Part shown: positions 26,679 through 36,246 of the stretch, one piece after another | Layout: every line of letters begins with the position of its first letter | Numbering within the stretch: the first letter of the stretch is position 1 | Assembly (NCBI GenBank): GCA_963832165.1 | Contig: CAWHTE010000001.1 | Coordinates: forward strand, 128,001 to 192,000 | From: an uncultured delta proteobacterium | GTDB taxonomy: Bacteria; Myxococcota_A; UBA9160; SMWR01 | Length of the DNA stretch: 64,000 bases | Direction of reading: 5' to 3' | The notes under the pieces: model-generated | Told to the model about the DNA's origin: nothing | Databases searched by the model: none | What the model saw: only the letters and a program-made list of their open reading frames with translations | Program-made: the position numbers and the translations under genes

Positions 26679-28034
26679 CTAACCCGCCTCGACCAGCGCC
26701 GAGAGCTCCTCGCGCATCATGCGCCGCAGCACGCGCAGCTCCGCGGCGCGGTGCGGGACCGCGCGCAGCGTGAGGTAGGCGAGCGCCTCGTTCCAGAAGC
26801 TCTCGTAGTGCTCGAAGAAGCGCAGCGAGATCCAGCCCGTCACAGGCGCGAGTACGGCCACCGCGAGCGCGCCCGGCGTGCCCCACAGACCTCCTGCAGC
26901 CAGCGCCTCGAGCGTCCACGTGATCGGAAACAGGAAGAAGCCCGCGAGCACCTTGTAGGTCGCGGGCTGATCGCCCTCGTCCTCGAAGAACGACGCGATC
27001 CGCGCGACGACGTGATAGGGCAGTGCGTTGAGCGCGTAGCCGACCACCGCGATCGGAAGCCGTGCCAGGAGCGCCGGAATGCGGCCGCTCACATAGCTCA
27101 CGACGTGGGCCCACGGGTAGTTCGCCGTCACGTGGTCGTCGCGCAGCCGGAACGCCTCGAGCAGGAGCTCGTAGCGGCGCGCCATCGCCTCGAGCGACTC
27201 GACGCGCACGGGCTGCGCGGCGCGCGCCGCCTCGTAGCCCGCACCGAAGGCATGGCGCAGCGAGAAGCGCTCGGCGAGCGCAGCGACGCCCGGCATCTCG
27301 CGCGCGGGGTCTCCGCCGTAGATCTCGGCCGCGCGCTCGAGGAGCTGCGCGGTGTGCCACGAGTCGGTGTTCAGCGTCACCGCGCGCAGGCCTTCGTCGA
27401 TCGCGTCGGTGAGCGCGCGCGCGGCCTCCGTGTCGTCCGACGCGGAGGCCTCCACGGGGATCGGCTCGCCCACGCACAGGAGCAGGCGCGAGCGGAACAG
27501 CCGCTTGTTCTCGAACGTGAGACCCACGGGCGCGATCACGACCTTCCCGGGCGCCGAGGCGGCCGCTCCGAGCGCGATCCGCGCGGCGCCCGTGCGCAGC
27601 GGCTGCAGCGCGGGGCGGTCGTGACTGATGCCCTCTGGAAACAGCGCCACCGCGCCGCCTCCCGCGAGCTCCTCGAAGCAGCGCGTGAACGTCTCCTGGT
27701 TGCGCGACGTGTCGCCCTCGCTCGCGCGGTAGACGGGAACGGCTCCCGCGAGCTGGAGCAGCGGCCAGACCGCCGGGTTGCTCCACAGCGTGTGCTTGGC
27801 GAGGAAGCGCGGCAGCCGCGGCAGCAGCGCCACGAGCACCATCGGATCGATCAGCGCGTTGCCGTGATTGGCGACGAAGAGCACGGCTCCCGTGCGCGGG
27901 ACGCGCTCGAGTCCCTGCACTTCGGTGCTGCGGAAGAACACCGCGACGAGCAGGCGCGCGAGCCCGCGCGCCCCGCGGTCGAGCAGCCCGCGCACGGTGG
28001 TCGGGCGAGCCGGCTCGTGCTCGTTCGAACTCAC
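26679..28034 (-). CDS. Lysophospholipid/glycerol-3-phosphate acyltransferase family protein
   Basis: NHGNALID (HxxxxD), FPEG and C-terminal TM helices; probable GTG start at 28034. Confidence 0.85.
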   Translation of the reverse strand: MSSNEHEPARPTTVRGLLDRGARGLARLLVAVFFRSTEVQGLERVPRTGAVLFVANHGNALIDPMVLVALLPRLPRFLAKHTLWSNPAVWPLLQLAGAVPVYRASEGDTSRNQETFTRCFEELAGGGAVALFPEGISHDRPALQPLRTGAARIALGAAASAPGKVVIAPVGLTFENKRLFRSRLLLCVGEPIPVEASASDDTEAARALTDAIDEGLRAVTLNTDSWHTAQLLERAAEIYGGDPAREMPGVAALAERFSLRHAFGAGYEAARAAQPVRVESLEAMARRYELLLEAFRLRDDHVTANYPWAHVVSYVSGRIPALLARLPIAVVGYALNALPYHVVARIASFFEDEGDQPATYKVLAGFFLFPITWTLEALAAGGLWGTPGALAVAVLAPVTGWISLRFFEHYESFWNEALAYLTLRAVPHRAAELRVLRRMMREELSALVEAG

Positions 28035-28090
28035 GCCGGGATCGTAACGCGCCGCGCCTGGCGTAACGCAGCCGACCGCGAGCGCGACGA

Positions 28091-28276
28091 CTACGGGCAG
28101 GCCGTGCTGTCCGAGACGCAGTCCGCGATGTTGGTGAGCGCGGTGTCGATGTCTTCCTTGAGCGTGCTCCAGAGCAGCGCGCCGGCGATCGCGAACACCA
28201 CGCCCACGATCGACCACTCGACCATCTCCATGCCCGCGTCCTCGCGGACCAGACGCGCGATCACCTGCCCGAACAT
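28091..28276 (-). CDS. Flp/Fap (type IVb/Tad) pilin
   Basis: 61 aa; RED.G|MEMVEW followed by a hydrophobic helix; GGAG RBS. Confidence 0.75.
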   Translation of the reverse strand: MFGQVIARLVREDAGMEMVEWSIVGVVFAIAGALLWSTLKEDIDTALTNIADCVSDSTACP

Positions 28277-28421
28277 TGCGTTCTCCGATTTCCGCGGCGC
28301 GACGATGGCCGCCTTCTGCCCGGTTCAGTCGCCGTTCGGGCGCTCGCGGTTACACCGATGCGGATTGCGGCATGAGGCGAAACGCCCCGTGTGATGCCGA
28401 CCTGCGCCAGTTACTTGCGCG

Positions 28422-29543
28422 TCAGCTGCGCCCGCCCAGGCCGAGCGCCTGTTTGGCCACTACCCCGCGCATCACTTCCGACGTGCCGCCGCCGATCGTC
28501 TCCCAGAGACTCTGGCGCCACAAGAGCTCGACGCGCTCCCCCGAGACCAGCGCGGCGGGTCCTCCGAAGTCGAGCGCGGCGCGCGCGATCTCCTGACACA
28601 CGACGGTGTGAAGCACCTTGTTTGCGGCCGCCTCGGCCGCGGCGCCGGTACCGCGCAGCATCGCGTCGAGCACGCGCAGCCCCGAGGCCTCCGCCTCCGC
28701 CACGCGCACCGCGAGGTCGGCGAGCACCGCGCGCACTCGCGCATCGGCCACGAGCCCGCGCGCGCGCGCCCACTCGATCACCTCTTCCAGATCGCGGCGC
28801 ACGCGCCCGGGCGGGAACTGGATGTGCCGCTCGTCCGCGAGCGCCTCGGCCATGATTCCCCACGCGCCGTTCTCGGGGCCGATCCGCTGCGCGGCGGGCA
28901 CGCGCACGCCGTCGAAGAACACCTCGTTGAGCTGGTCGCCGTCGAGCGTGGGCAGCGGATTCACGACAACGCCCGGGCTGTGCTTCTCGATGATCAGCAG
29001 CGTGAGTCCGCGCCCGCGACTCTCCTGGCTGCCCGTGCGCACGAGCGTCCAGAAGTAGTCCATGTCCTGCGCGTAGGACTGCCAGCACTTCTGCCCCGAG
29101 ACGACGTACTCGTCGCCGCGCAGCTCGGCACGGCAGCGCGCCGACGCGAGGTCGGAGCCGGCCTCCGGCTCGGAATAGGCGAGCGAGAAGTGGATCTCGC
29201 CGCGCTGGATCGGGGGCAGCCAGCGCTCGCGCTGCTGCGTATCGCCGTGGCGCGCGATCGTCTTCGCGACGATGCCCGACGCGAGCGGCGGCCGCGCCGC
29301 GCGCGCATAGCCGATCTCGTCCCAGAGGATGTACTCGTACGTGAGCGGCTTTCCGCTGCCGCCCGCGGCGATCGGCCAGCCCAGCGAGAGCCAGCCCCGC
29401 TCCGCCATCGCGGCGAAGAACGCCTTCACGCGCGGCCAGTGGTGACCCTGCAGGAAGAATGCGTCGAGGTCGCGGTAGTCGGCGAGGAACCCCACCACCT
29501 CGGCGCGGAACGCCTCCTCCTCGGGCGCAAACGCGGGATTCAA
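28422..29543 (-). CDS. Acyl-CoA dehydrogenase
   Basis: F..EEEAFRAEV, YSEPEAGSDL, GQKCW, NEVFFD, TIGGGTSEV; TTG start overlapping the upstream stop. Confidence 0.9.
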   Translation of the reverse strand: MNPAFAPEEEAFRAEVVGFLADYRDLDAFFLQGHHWPRVKAFFAAMAERGWLSLGWPIAAGGSGKPLTYEYILWDEIGYARAARPPLASGIVAKTIARHGDTQQRERWLPPIQRGEIHFSLAYSEPEAGSDLASARCRAELRGDEYVVSGQKCWQSYAQDMDYFWTLVRTGSQESRGRGLTLLIIEKHSPGVVVNPLPTLDGDQLNEVFFDGVRVPAAQRIGPENGAWGIMAEALADERHIQFPPGRVRRDLEEVIEWARARGLVADARVRAVLADLAVRVAEAEASGLRVLDAMLRGTGAAAEAAANKVLHTVVCQEIARAALDFGGPAALVSGERVELLWRQSLWETIGGGTSEVMRGVVAKQALGLGGRS

Positions 29544-30382
29544 CTCTTGCTCCTCGCGTTCGGATTCGGGTCCCAGCGCGCGGGTCGCTTCTCCGCGAAC
29601 GCGCGCGGTCCCTCGACGAAGTCCGGGTGGGCCCAGTGCGCGCGCAGGAGGCCCCACGCCTGCTCGAGCGCCGCCGAATAACCCTGCTCGAGACTGCCCC
29701 AGACCGCCTGCTTCGAGAGCGCCATCGCCTGCGGTGAGTTCTGCAGCATCTGCTCCGCCATCGCGAGCGCGGCAGGCAGCGCGTCGCCCGGCCCAGCGAC
29801 GAGCTCGTCGACGAGGCCGAGCTCGTAGGCGCGGCGCGCGGGCATCCGGTAGTGGCGTCCGAGCAGCGTCATGCGCAGCGCGGAGCCGAGCGGCAGACGC
29901 CTGGCGAGGCCGATGTTCTCGAGCGCGCCCACGAAGCCGACGTTCACGTGGGTGTCCATGAACGCGGCGTTCTCGCTCGCGATCACGATGTCCGCGTCGA
30001 CCACGAAGTGCAATCCCCCGCCCGCGCACAGACCCTGCACCGCGCACAGCACGGGCTTCCAGACGCGGTTCTGGTGCGGCGACCAGTGCACGGCTTCCGC
30101 GAGCGGGCGGTTGTTGAACACCGTGTCGGCGTCGTCGCTCTCGGCCTCGCCGACGTCGAAGCCCGTGCAGAAGTGGCGCTCCCCCGCGGCCGTCACGATC
30201 GCGACGCGCACTGCGTCGTCGTCCCGCACCTCGCTCCAGATCGCGCGCATCACGGGCTGCATGTTCGGCGCGAGTGCGTTGCCGCGCGCGGGGCGGTCCA
30301 GCGTGATCACGGCGATGCCATCGGGCCGGCGCTCGTAGCGGATGCCGGGCAGCGCGCCGCGCAGGTCGATCGATTTCGTCAT
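29540..30382 (-). CDS. Enoyl-CoA hydratase/isomerase (crotonase)
   Basis: ITLDRP..GNA, FCTGFD, KPV.CAV.G.C.GGG, EGPRAFAEKR. Confidence 0.9.
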   Translation of the reverse strand: MTKSIDLRGALPGIRYERRPDGIAVITLDRPARGNALAPNMQPVMRAIWSEVRDDDAVRVAIVTAAGERHFCTGFDVGEAESDDADTVFNNRPLAEAVHWSPHQNRVWKPVLCAVQGLCAGGGLHFVVDADIVIASENAAFMDTHVNVGFVGALENIGLARRLPLGSALRMTLLGRHYRMPARRAYELGLVDELVAGPGDALPAALAMAEQMLQNSPQAMALSKQAVWGSLEQGYSAALEQAWGLLRAHWAHPDFVEGPRAFAEKRPARWDPNPNARSKS

Positions 30383-31332
30383 GAGGCCTCCAGGGCTTTC
30401 AGGCCGTACTGCGCGAGCAGCGCGTCGCGCGCGGCATCGGCCGGCGGGGGCTGCGAGGCGAGCTGGCGGATCCGGCGAGACACGTGGAACACCGGGCCTT
30501 CGAGCGTGATGCCCTGCGCGCCGAACAGCTGGTGGGCGGTGTGCGCGGCGTCGAGCGCAGCGCGCGCGGCCGACAGGCGCGCGGCTGCGGCGCGCGCGCG
30601 CAGGTCGGCGGCGTCCGTGTCCCACGCGTGCGCGGCGATCCGCGCGAGTGTCGCCGCGGCTGCGAGTCGCACGTGCGCATCGGCGAGCGGGTGGGCCACG
30701 GCCTGAAAATCGCCGATCGCGCGCCCGAACTGCTGGCGCGCGCGCGCATGCGCGGCCGTGGCGGAGACGAGCGCGCTGCCTGCGGCGGCCGTGTAGGCCG
30801 CGAACGCGAGGTCGTGCAGCGCCCACGCGCGCGCGTCTGCGTTCAGCGCGGCGCCGAGCTCGAGCTCGACGCGTCCCCAGGGCTCGCCGCCGAGCGTCTC
30901 GACCTCGGTGACGGCGCCGCGCGGCTGCGCGCGTCGCAGTGCCCCGCCCTCGAGCGCGAGGAAGCAATCGGCCACGGGCGCGAACGGAAAGAGCGGCGGC
31001 GTTCCGAGCGCCACGATCCACTCGCCCTGCGCGACCTTCGTGGACTCCTTCTCGTCGAGCACCTGCGTGGCGAGAAAGGTCGCCGCGAGCGGGCCCGGAA
31101 ACGCGGCCGCGCCGAGCGACTCGAGCGCGGCGACGAGCTCGCGCGCACCGCCGTCTCCTTCCGGTGTCGCGAGCGCGAGCACGCCGAGCTCGGCCAGCTC
31201 GCGCCACAGAGCGCGCGGCAGGGTGCCCGCGGTCTGCCGCACGACCGCCTCGGGGCAGCGCTCGGCGCAGAACTTCGCGACGGCGTCGGCGATCGCCTGC
31301 TCGGAATCGTCGAGCGCGAGGTCGAGGCTCAA
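30379..31332 (-). CDS. Acyl-CoA dehydrogenase, short (beta-type) subunit
   Basis: LWRELAELG, RQQFGRAIGDFQAV.H.LAD, QLFGA.GIT.E; lacks the SEP.AGSD motif. Confidence 0.85.
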   Translation of the reverse strand: MSLDLALDDSEQAIADAVAKFCAERCPEAVVRQTAGTLPRALWRELAELGVLALATPEGDGGARELVAALESLGAAAFPGPLAATFLATQVLDEKESTKVAQGEWIVALGTPPLFPFAPVADCFLALEGGALRRAQPRGAVTEVETLGGEPWGRVELELGAALNADARAWALHDLAFAAYTAAAGSALVSATAAHARARQQFGRAIGDFQAVAHPLADAHVRLAAAATLARIAAHAWDTDAADLRARAAAARLSAARAALDAAHTAHQLFGAQGITLEGPVFHVSRRIRQLASQPPPADAARDALLAQYGLKALEAS

Positions 31333-32264
31333 GTGCGCTGGATCCAGCGCTGCGCCGTGATCGCGCGCCGGTGGGCCGACGCGCCGCCGAGCTCGAGGCG
31401 CAGCGCCTGGAGCCGCATGCTGAACACGTGCAGGTCGTGCTCGCGCGTGAAGCCCATCGCACCCGTGAGCTGGTGGGTCTCGCGAAACAGCTGATTCGCG
31501 GCTTCGGCCGCGTGAGCGGCCGCGGTGGCGGACGCCTCGCCGGCCCCTCCGCGCGCCGCGGCTTCGAGCGTGAGCCAGCGCGTGCCCTCGACGAGCACCG
31601 TGCACATCGCGAGCCGGTGTTGGAGCGCCTGGAACGAGCCGATCGCGCGGCCGAACTGGCGGCGCCGCTTCACGTACGCGACGGTGATGTCGAGCGCGGC
31701 CTGCATCGTGCCGTAGAGCTCGGCCGCGAGCGCGACGCGCCACCAGTTGCGCAGCTTCTCACCCGAGCCCGCGCCGAGCGATTCGCCCGAACGCGCGTCG
31801 AGCGCGAGCGCGCCGACGGGCAGCATGAAGTTCGAGCGCACGGGTGTTCCGTCGCCGGGCGCGAGCGAGACGAGCCGCGCCTCGTCGCCGCAATCGACGA
31901 GCGCGGTGCGCGCCTGCGCGCCGAAGCGCACCGGGCCGGGATGCGCGAGCGACACGAGCGCGACGGGGGCGGGCAGCACGCGCCCGACGAGCGCGGGCGC
32001 CACGAGCACCTGCGCGCCGATCGGCAGTGTGCCCGCATGCCGGGCCACCTCGGCCACGACCAGCGCGGCCTCGAGCGTGCCCGTCTCCGGGCCGCCCAGC
32101 GCGATCTCGGCGAAGCCCGCCTCCGAGAGCGCGGCGTCGAGCGGCTCGTCCCAGGCGGCCTTCGCGTCGAGCTCGATCGCGCGCGCGGGCCCCGCATGCT
32201 GCGCACACAGGGAATCCACTGCGGCGAGGATCGCGCGCTGATCGTCGTTCCACTCGAAGTCCAT
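31329..32264 (-). CDS. Acyl-CoA dehydrogenase, short (beta-type) subunit
   Basis: MDFEWNDDQ, RRQFGRAIGSFQALQHRLA, HQLTGAMGFT.EH. Confidence 0.87.
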   Translation of the reverse strand: MDFEWNDDQRAILAAVDSLCAQHAGPARAIELDAKAAWDEPLDAALSEAGFAEIALGGPETGTLEAALVVAEVARHAGTLPIGAQVLVAPALVGRVLPAPVALVSLAHPGPVRFGAQARTALVDCGDEARLVSLAPGDGTPVRSNFMLPVGALALDARSGESLGAGSGEKLRNWWRVALAAELYGTMQAALDITVAYVKRRRQFGRAIGSFQALQHRLAMCTVLVEGTRWLTLEAAARGGAGEASATAAAHAAEAANQLFRETHQLTGAMGFTREHDLHVFSMRLQALRLELGGASAHRRAITAQRWIQRT

Positions 32265-32268
32265 TCGA

Positions 32269-33414
32269 CTACTCGCGCGGCAGATCGAGCCAGCGGCTCG
32301 CGATCAGGTTCAGGTTGATCTCGGTGGTGCCGACGGCGACGCCCGCGGTCATCGCGAGGCGCCAGTACGACTCGGCGAAGTTCCCGTACGCGAGCGCCTC
32401 GGCGCCGTAGATCTCGAGCGCGAGGTCGGAGACCGCGTTCTCGCACCACGTGCCCGCGACGCGCGCGATGTTCGTGTCGGCGGTCGGCTCGCTGCCCTTC
32501 GCGCGCAGATCGATCACGCGGTACGAGAGCAGCCGCGACGCCTCCACCGCCGTGCGCGCCGCGCCGAGCTTCTCCTGGATCACGGGGTCGTCGAGCTTGC
32601 CGCGCTCGCGCGCGGCCTCGGCGAGCGCGTCGAGCGTGAGCGCGGCGCGCGCATAGCGCATCGCGCCGACGCGCTCGAACGCGAGCGCGTACGACACGAC
32701 GCCCCAGCCTTCGCCCTCGGGTCCGAGCTGGCACGACGCCGGGATCCGCGCGTCGTCGAAGAACAGCTCGTGGAAGTAGCGCTCGCCGATCACCGCGGGC
32801 ACCTCGCGCACCTCGATCCCGGGGGCGTCCATCGGTGCGAGCAGCACGGTGATGCCCTGATGGCGTTTCGAGTTCGGATCGGTGCGCACGAGCAGGAAGC
32901 AGTACTCGGCGCCAGCCACGTACGACGTCCAGATCTTCGAGCCGTTCACCACGTAGTCGTCGCCGTCACGCACGGCCGCCGTGCGCAGCGAGACGAGATC
33001 GCTGCCGGCCTCGGGCTCCGAAAAGCCCTGACACCAGAGCACGTTGCCCGCTGAGATCTTTGGAAGATGAAACTTCTTCTGGTCTTCGCTGCCGTACTTC
33101 ATGATCGTGGGGCCGATCCAGTTGACGTTCATGTACTGCGAGCCGCGCGGCTCGCCGACGCGCCACATCTCCTCGGACAGGATCGCGTGGCGCCACGGCG
33201 TGGCGTCGGCACCGCCGTAGGCCTTGGGCCAGCTCTGGGTGAGCCAGCCGCGCTGCGCGAGCGCGCCGCAGAATTCGCGCGAGAACGCCGCCTGGGCGTC
33301 GCTACCGGGACCGTGCACCGAAATCTCGGCCCAGTTGCTCGGCAGTCCCGCGTCGAGAAACGCGCGCAGCTCGTGGCGGTACGCCGCGTCGCCTTCGGAC
33401 CATTCGAATTCCAA
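32269..33414 (-). CDS. Acyl-CoA dehydrogenase
   Basis: WCQGFSEPEAGSDL, NGSKIWTS, HQGIT, GTTEI; TTG start inferred. Confidence 0.9.
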   Translation of the reverse strand: MEFEWSEGDAAYRHELRAFLDAGLPSNWAEISVHGPGSDAQAAFSREFCGALAQRGWLTQSWPKAYGGADATPWRHAILSEEMWRVGEPRGSQYMNVNWIGPTIMKYGSEDQKKFHLPKISAGNVLWCQGFSEPEAGSDLVSLRTAAVRDGDDYVVNGSKIWTSYVAGAEYCFLLVRTDPNSKRHQGITVLLAPMDAPGIEVREVPAVIGERYFHELFFDDARIPASCQLGPEGEGWGVVSYALAFERVGAMRYARAALTLDALAEAARERGKLDDPVIQEKLGAARTAVEASRLLSYRVIDLRAKGSEPTADTNIARVAGTWCENAVSDLALEIYGAEALAYGNFAESYWRLAMTAGVAVGTTEINLNLIASRWLDLPRE

Positions 33415-33486
33415 AGCAACTCTCCCGAGCCAGGGGGCCGCCAGTCTACGCTTTCCTCGACGGCGCGGCTGCGGTAGCTCTATCGC

Positions 33487-35121
33487 GTGGCAGCCCCGCG
33501 CTTTCCCGACTACGAGCCGACGGTTCCGGTGTTCCTCGCGCAGGTGAACAAGCGCTACGGCGCGAACCCGCTGATCCTGCTCGGCGAGCGGCGCATCACC
33601 TACGCCGAGGCCGAGCGCGCCTCCGCGCGGCTCGCGCGCGGCCTCGTCGCGCGCGGCTTCGGCAAGGGCAGCCGGATCGCCGTGCTCGCGCCGAACGGGC
33701 CCGACTGGGTGGTGTGGTGGCTCGCCGTGACGCGGATCGGCGCCGTGATGGTGCCGCTCAACACCTTCTACAAGCCGCGCGAGCTCGGCTACGTGCTGCG
33801 CCACTCCGACGCCGCGGCGCTCGTGACGGTCGCGCGCTTCCTCGGCAACGACTACCTCGAGCGCCTCGAGACCTGCGCGCCCGGGCTCGCGGGCCAGCGC
33901 GGTGCACTCCATGCGCGCGAGCTGCCCTTCCTGCGCCACGTGTTCGCATCGGGCGACACCGGTGGCCGCAGCTGGGCCGAGCCGATCTCCGCACTCGAGG
34001 CGGCCGCCGATGCGGCGCCCGCGATCGACGGCGCGTTCCTCGCCGAAGTGGAGGCGTGCGTCACGCCGGCCGACCCGATGCTCGTGATCTACAGCTCGGG
34101 CAGCACCGCCGATCCCAAGGGCGCCGTGCACAGCCAGGGTGCGCCTCTTCGACATGCCTGCAACACCAATCAGTTTCGCGACTTCGAGCCGACCGACCGG
34201 ATCTTCTCGCCGCTTCCGTTCTTCTGGGTGGGCGGGTTCGTGTTCTCGCTGCTCGCCACGATGCACGCGGGCGCGTTCCTGCTCTGCGAGGAGGTGTTCG
34301 AGCCCGGCGCGACGCTCGCGCTGCTCGAGCGCGAACGGGCCACGATCGCCGCGGGCTGGCCGCACTACTCGAAGGCGTTGATCGAGCATCCGAGCTTCGC
34401 CTCACGAGATCTGTCGTCGATCCGCGCGGGCAACATGTACGCGGTGCTGCCCGACTCGGCGCGCCCGGCCGATCCCGAGCTGCGCTCGAACTCGCTCGGC
34501 ATGACCGAGACGTGCGGCCCGCACACCTACGACCGCATGGACGTCGATCTGCCCGAGCGCCTGCGCGGCTCGTTCGGCCACGCGGTGCCGGGCGTGGAGC
34601 ACAAGGTGGTCGATCCAGAGACGGGCGCGACGCTGCCGCCGGGCGAGGTCGGCGAGATCTGCGTGCGCGGCTACAGCCTCATGCTCGGACTGCACAAGCA
34701 GGAGCGCGAGGACGTGTTCGACCGCGACGGCTACTACCACACGGGCGACGCGGGCTATTTCGACGCCGACGGCGTGCTCTTCTTCCAGGCGCGCCTCGGC
34801 GAGATGATCAAGACCGCGGGCGCGAACGTGACGCCGCGCGAGGTCGAGGTGGTGATCGAGACCTTCCCGGAGGTCGTGTCCGCGTTCGTGGTCGGCCTGC
34901 CCGATCCCGTGCGCGGCCAGAACGTGGCGGCGGCCGTCGTGCTCAAGCGCGGCGCCGAGCTCGACGCGGATACCGCGCGCGCGCGGCTGCGCGAGCAGCT
35001 CTCGAGCTACAAGGTGCCGCGCCAGTGGCTGTTCGCGGCGAAGGAAGAGCTGCCGTTCACCGACAGCGGCAAGATCGACAAGAAGCGGCTCGCCGCGCTT
35101 CTCGCGGCGCGACTCGGCTAG
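33487..35121 (+). CDS. Acyl-CoA synthetase (class I adenylate-forming enzyme)
   Basis: YSSGSTADPKG, GMTET, TGD and YKVP. Confidence 0.92.
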   Translation: MAAPRFPDYEPTVPVFLAQVNKRYGANPLILLGERRITYAEAERASARLARGLVARGFGKGSRIAVLAPNGPDWVVWWLAVTRIGAVMVPLNTFYKPRELGYVLRHSDAAALVTVARFLGNDYLERLETCAPGLAGQRGALHARELPFLRHVFASGDTGGRSWAEPISALEAAADAAPAIDGAFLAEVEACVTPADPMLVIYSSGSTADPKGAVHSQGAPLRHACNTNQFRDFEPTDRIFSPLPFFWVGGFVFSLLATMHAGAFLLCEEVFEPGATLALLERERATIAAGWPHYSKALIEHPSFASRDLSSIRAGNMYAVLPDSARPADPELRSNSLGMTETCGPHTYDRMDVDLPERLRGSFGHAVPGVEHKVVDPETGATLPPGEVGEICVRGYSLMLGLHKQEREDVFDRDGYYHTGDAGYFDADGVLFFQARLGEMIKTAGANVTPREVEVVIETFPEVVSAFVVGLPDPVRGQNVAAAVVLKRGAELDADTARARLREQLSSYKVPRQWLFAAKEELPFTDSGKIDKKRLAALLAARLG

Positions 35122-35167
35122 TTCGCCGCGATAGGCTGCTAACGTTTCCGCTCATCCTGAGGTGATC

Positions 35168-35712
35168 ATGAAATTCCTCCCGTACTCCGTCTCCTTGCTC
35201 ACTACCGCCGTGCTCCTCGCGGCTCCGCTCGCTGCGCGAGCGGAGGAGAAGGCGCCGCGAAGGCTCCCGCGAAAGCTCCCGCTGCGGCGCACAGCGTCGT
35301 CGAGAAGGGCAGCAAGGTCTCGATCGAGTACACGCTCACCGAGGGCGGCAAGGTCATCGACACCAATTCCGGAAAGGCGCCGCTCACCTACGAGCAGGGC
35401 GCCGGGAAGATGCTGCCCGGGTTCGAAGCGCAGATGAACGGGCTCAAGTCCGGCGCGACGAAGGAGTTCGATCTCGCGCCGGAGCAGGCCTACGGTCCGG
35501 TGCGCAAGGAGCTGTACCAGACCGTCGACGCCGCGCAGATCCCCGCCGATGCGCGCAAGGTGGGCACGATGCTGACGGCGCAAGCAGAGACCGGCCAGCA
35601 GCGTCCGGTTCGCGTGCACGAGATCAAAGGCGACAAGATCGTGCTCGACATGAACCACCCGCTCGCGGGCAAGAAGCTGCACTTCGCAGTGAAGGTCATC
35701 TCGATCGAGTAG
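35168..35712 (+). CDS. FKBP-type peptidyl-prolyl isomerase (SlyD/SlpA-like) with signal peptide; one frameshift near 35250
   Basis: Signal peptide MKFL...AARA, then in another frame V.IEYTL...G.GKMLPGFE, PEQAYG and DMNHPLAGK.L.F.V.V. Confidence 0.85.
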
Positions 35713-35727
35713 CGCGCTCGCGCGCAA

Positions 35728-36246
35728 CTACTTCCGCGAACGGCCGCGCGCGACGAGCAGAGCTCCCGCGCTGATCGCGATCCCGAGCGCGCGGCCCGGC
35801 TCGGGCAGCTCCTCGACCACGGTGTAGCTCCAGAAGCAGATCGTGCCGTCCGTGTTCGCGATCCAGCGCTCGACGTCCTGCTCGACGTAGCCGGGCCAGC
35901 CGTCGCAGAGCTCGATCGCGAAGTCTCCGAAGCCCTCGAACGACGTCTGGTGCCACGACCAGAGCGGCTCGCCCGGAGCGCGCACGTCGCGGTTCCGGCC
36001 ATCCGCACCCGCCGCGATCTTGACCACGGCGATCGTCGCCCCGGCCGCGGCGCCCTTCTCGATCAGCGCGCGCGCGTGAGCGATGTCGGCCGGCTCCTGG
36101 AGCATGAGCACGTACGAATCGCCGTGCGGCGGGTGCTGGCCCGACTCCGCGACGAGGAACTCGATCGATTCGGCCGCCGCGGGGGCGGTCGCTGCCGCGG
36201 CGATCAGGACCGCCGCGGCGAGCGCGCGAAGCGCCGTTCTCCTCAT
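35728..36246 (-). CDS. Secreted BP74-like protein with PEP-CTERM sorting signal
   Basis: Signal peptide; WSWH...F.IELCDG.P.YVE...C.W; C-terminal LPEP-hydrophobic-RGRSRK. Confidence 0.7.
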   Translation of the reverse strand: MRRTALRALAAAVLIAAAATAPAAAESIEFLVAESGQHPPHGDSYVLMLQEPADIAHARALIEKGAAAGATIAVVKIAAGADGRNRDVRAPGEPLWSWHQTSFEGFGDFAIELCDGWPGYVEQDVERWIANTDGTICFWSYTVVEELPEPGRALGIAISAGALLVARGRSRK

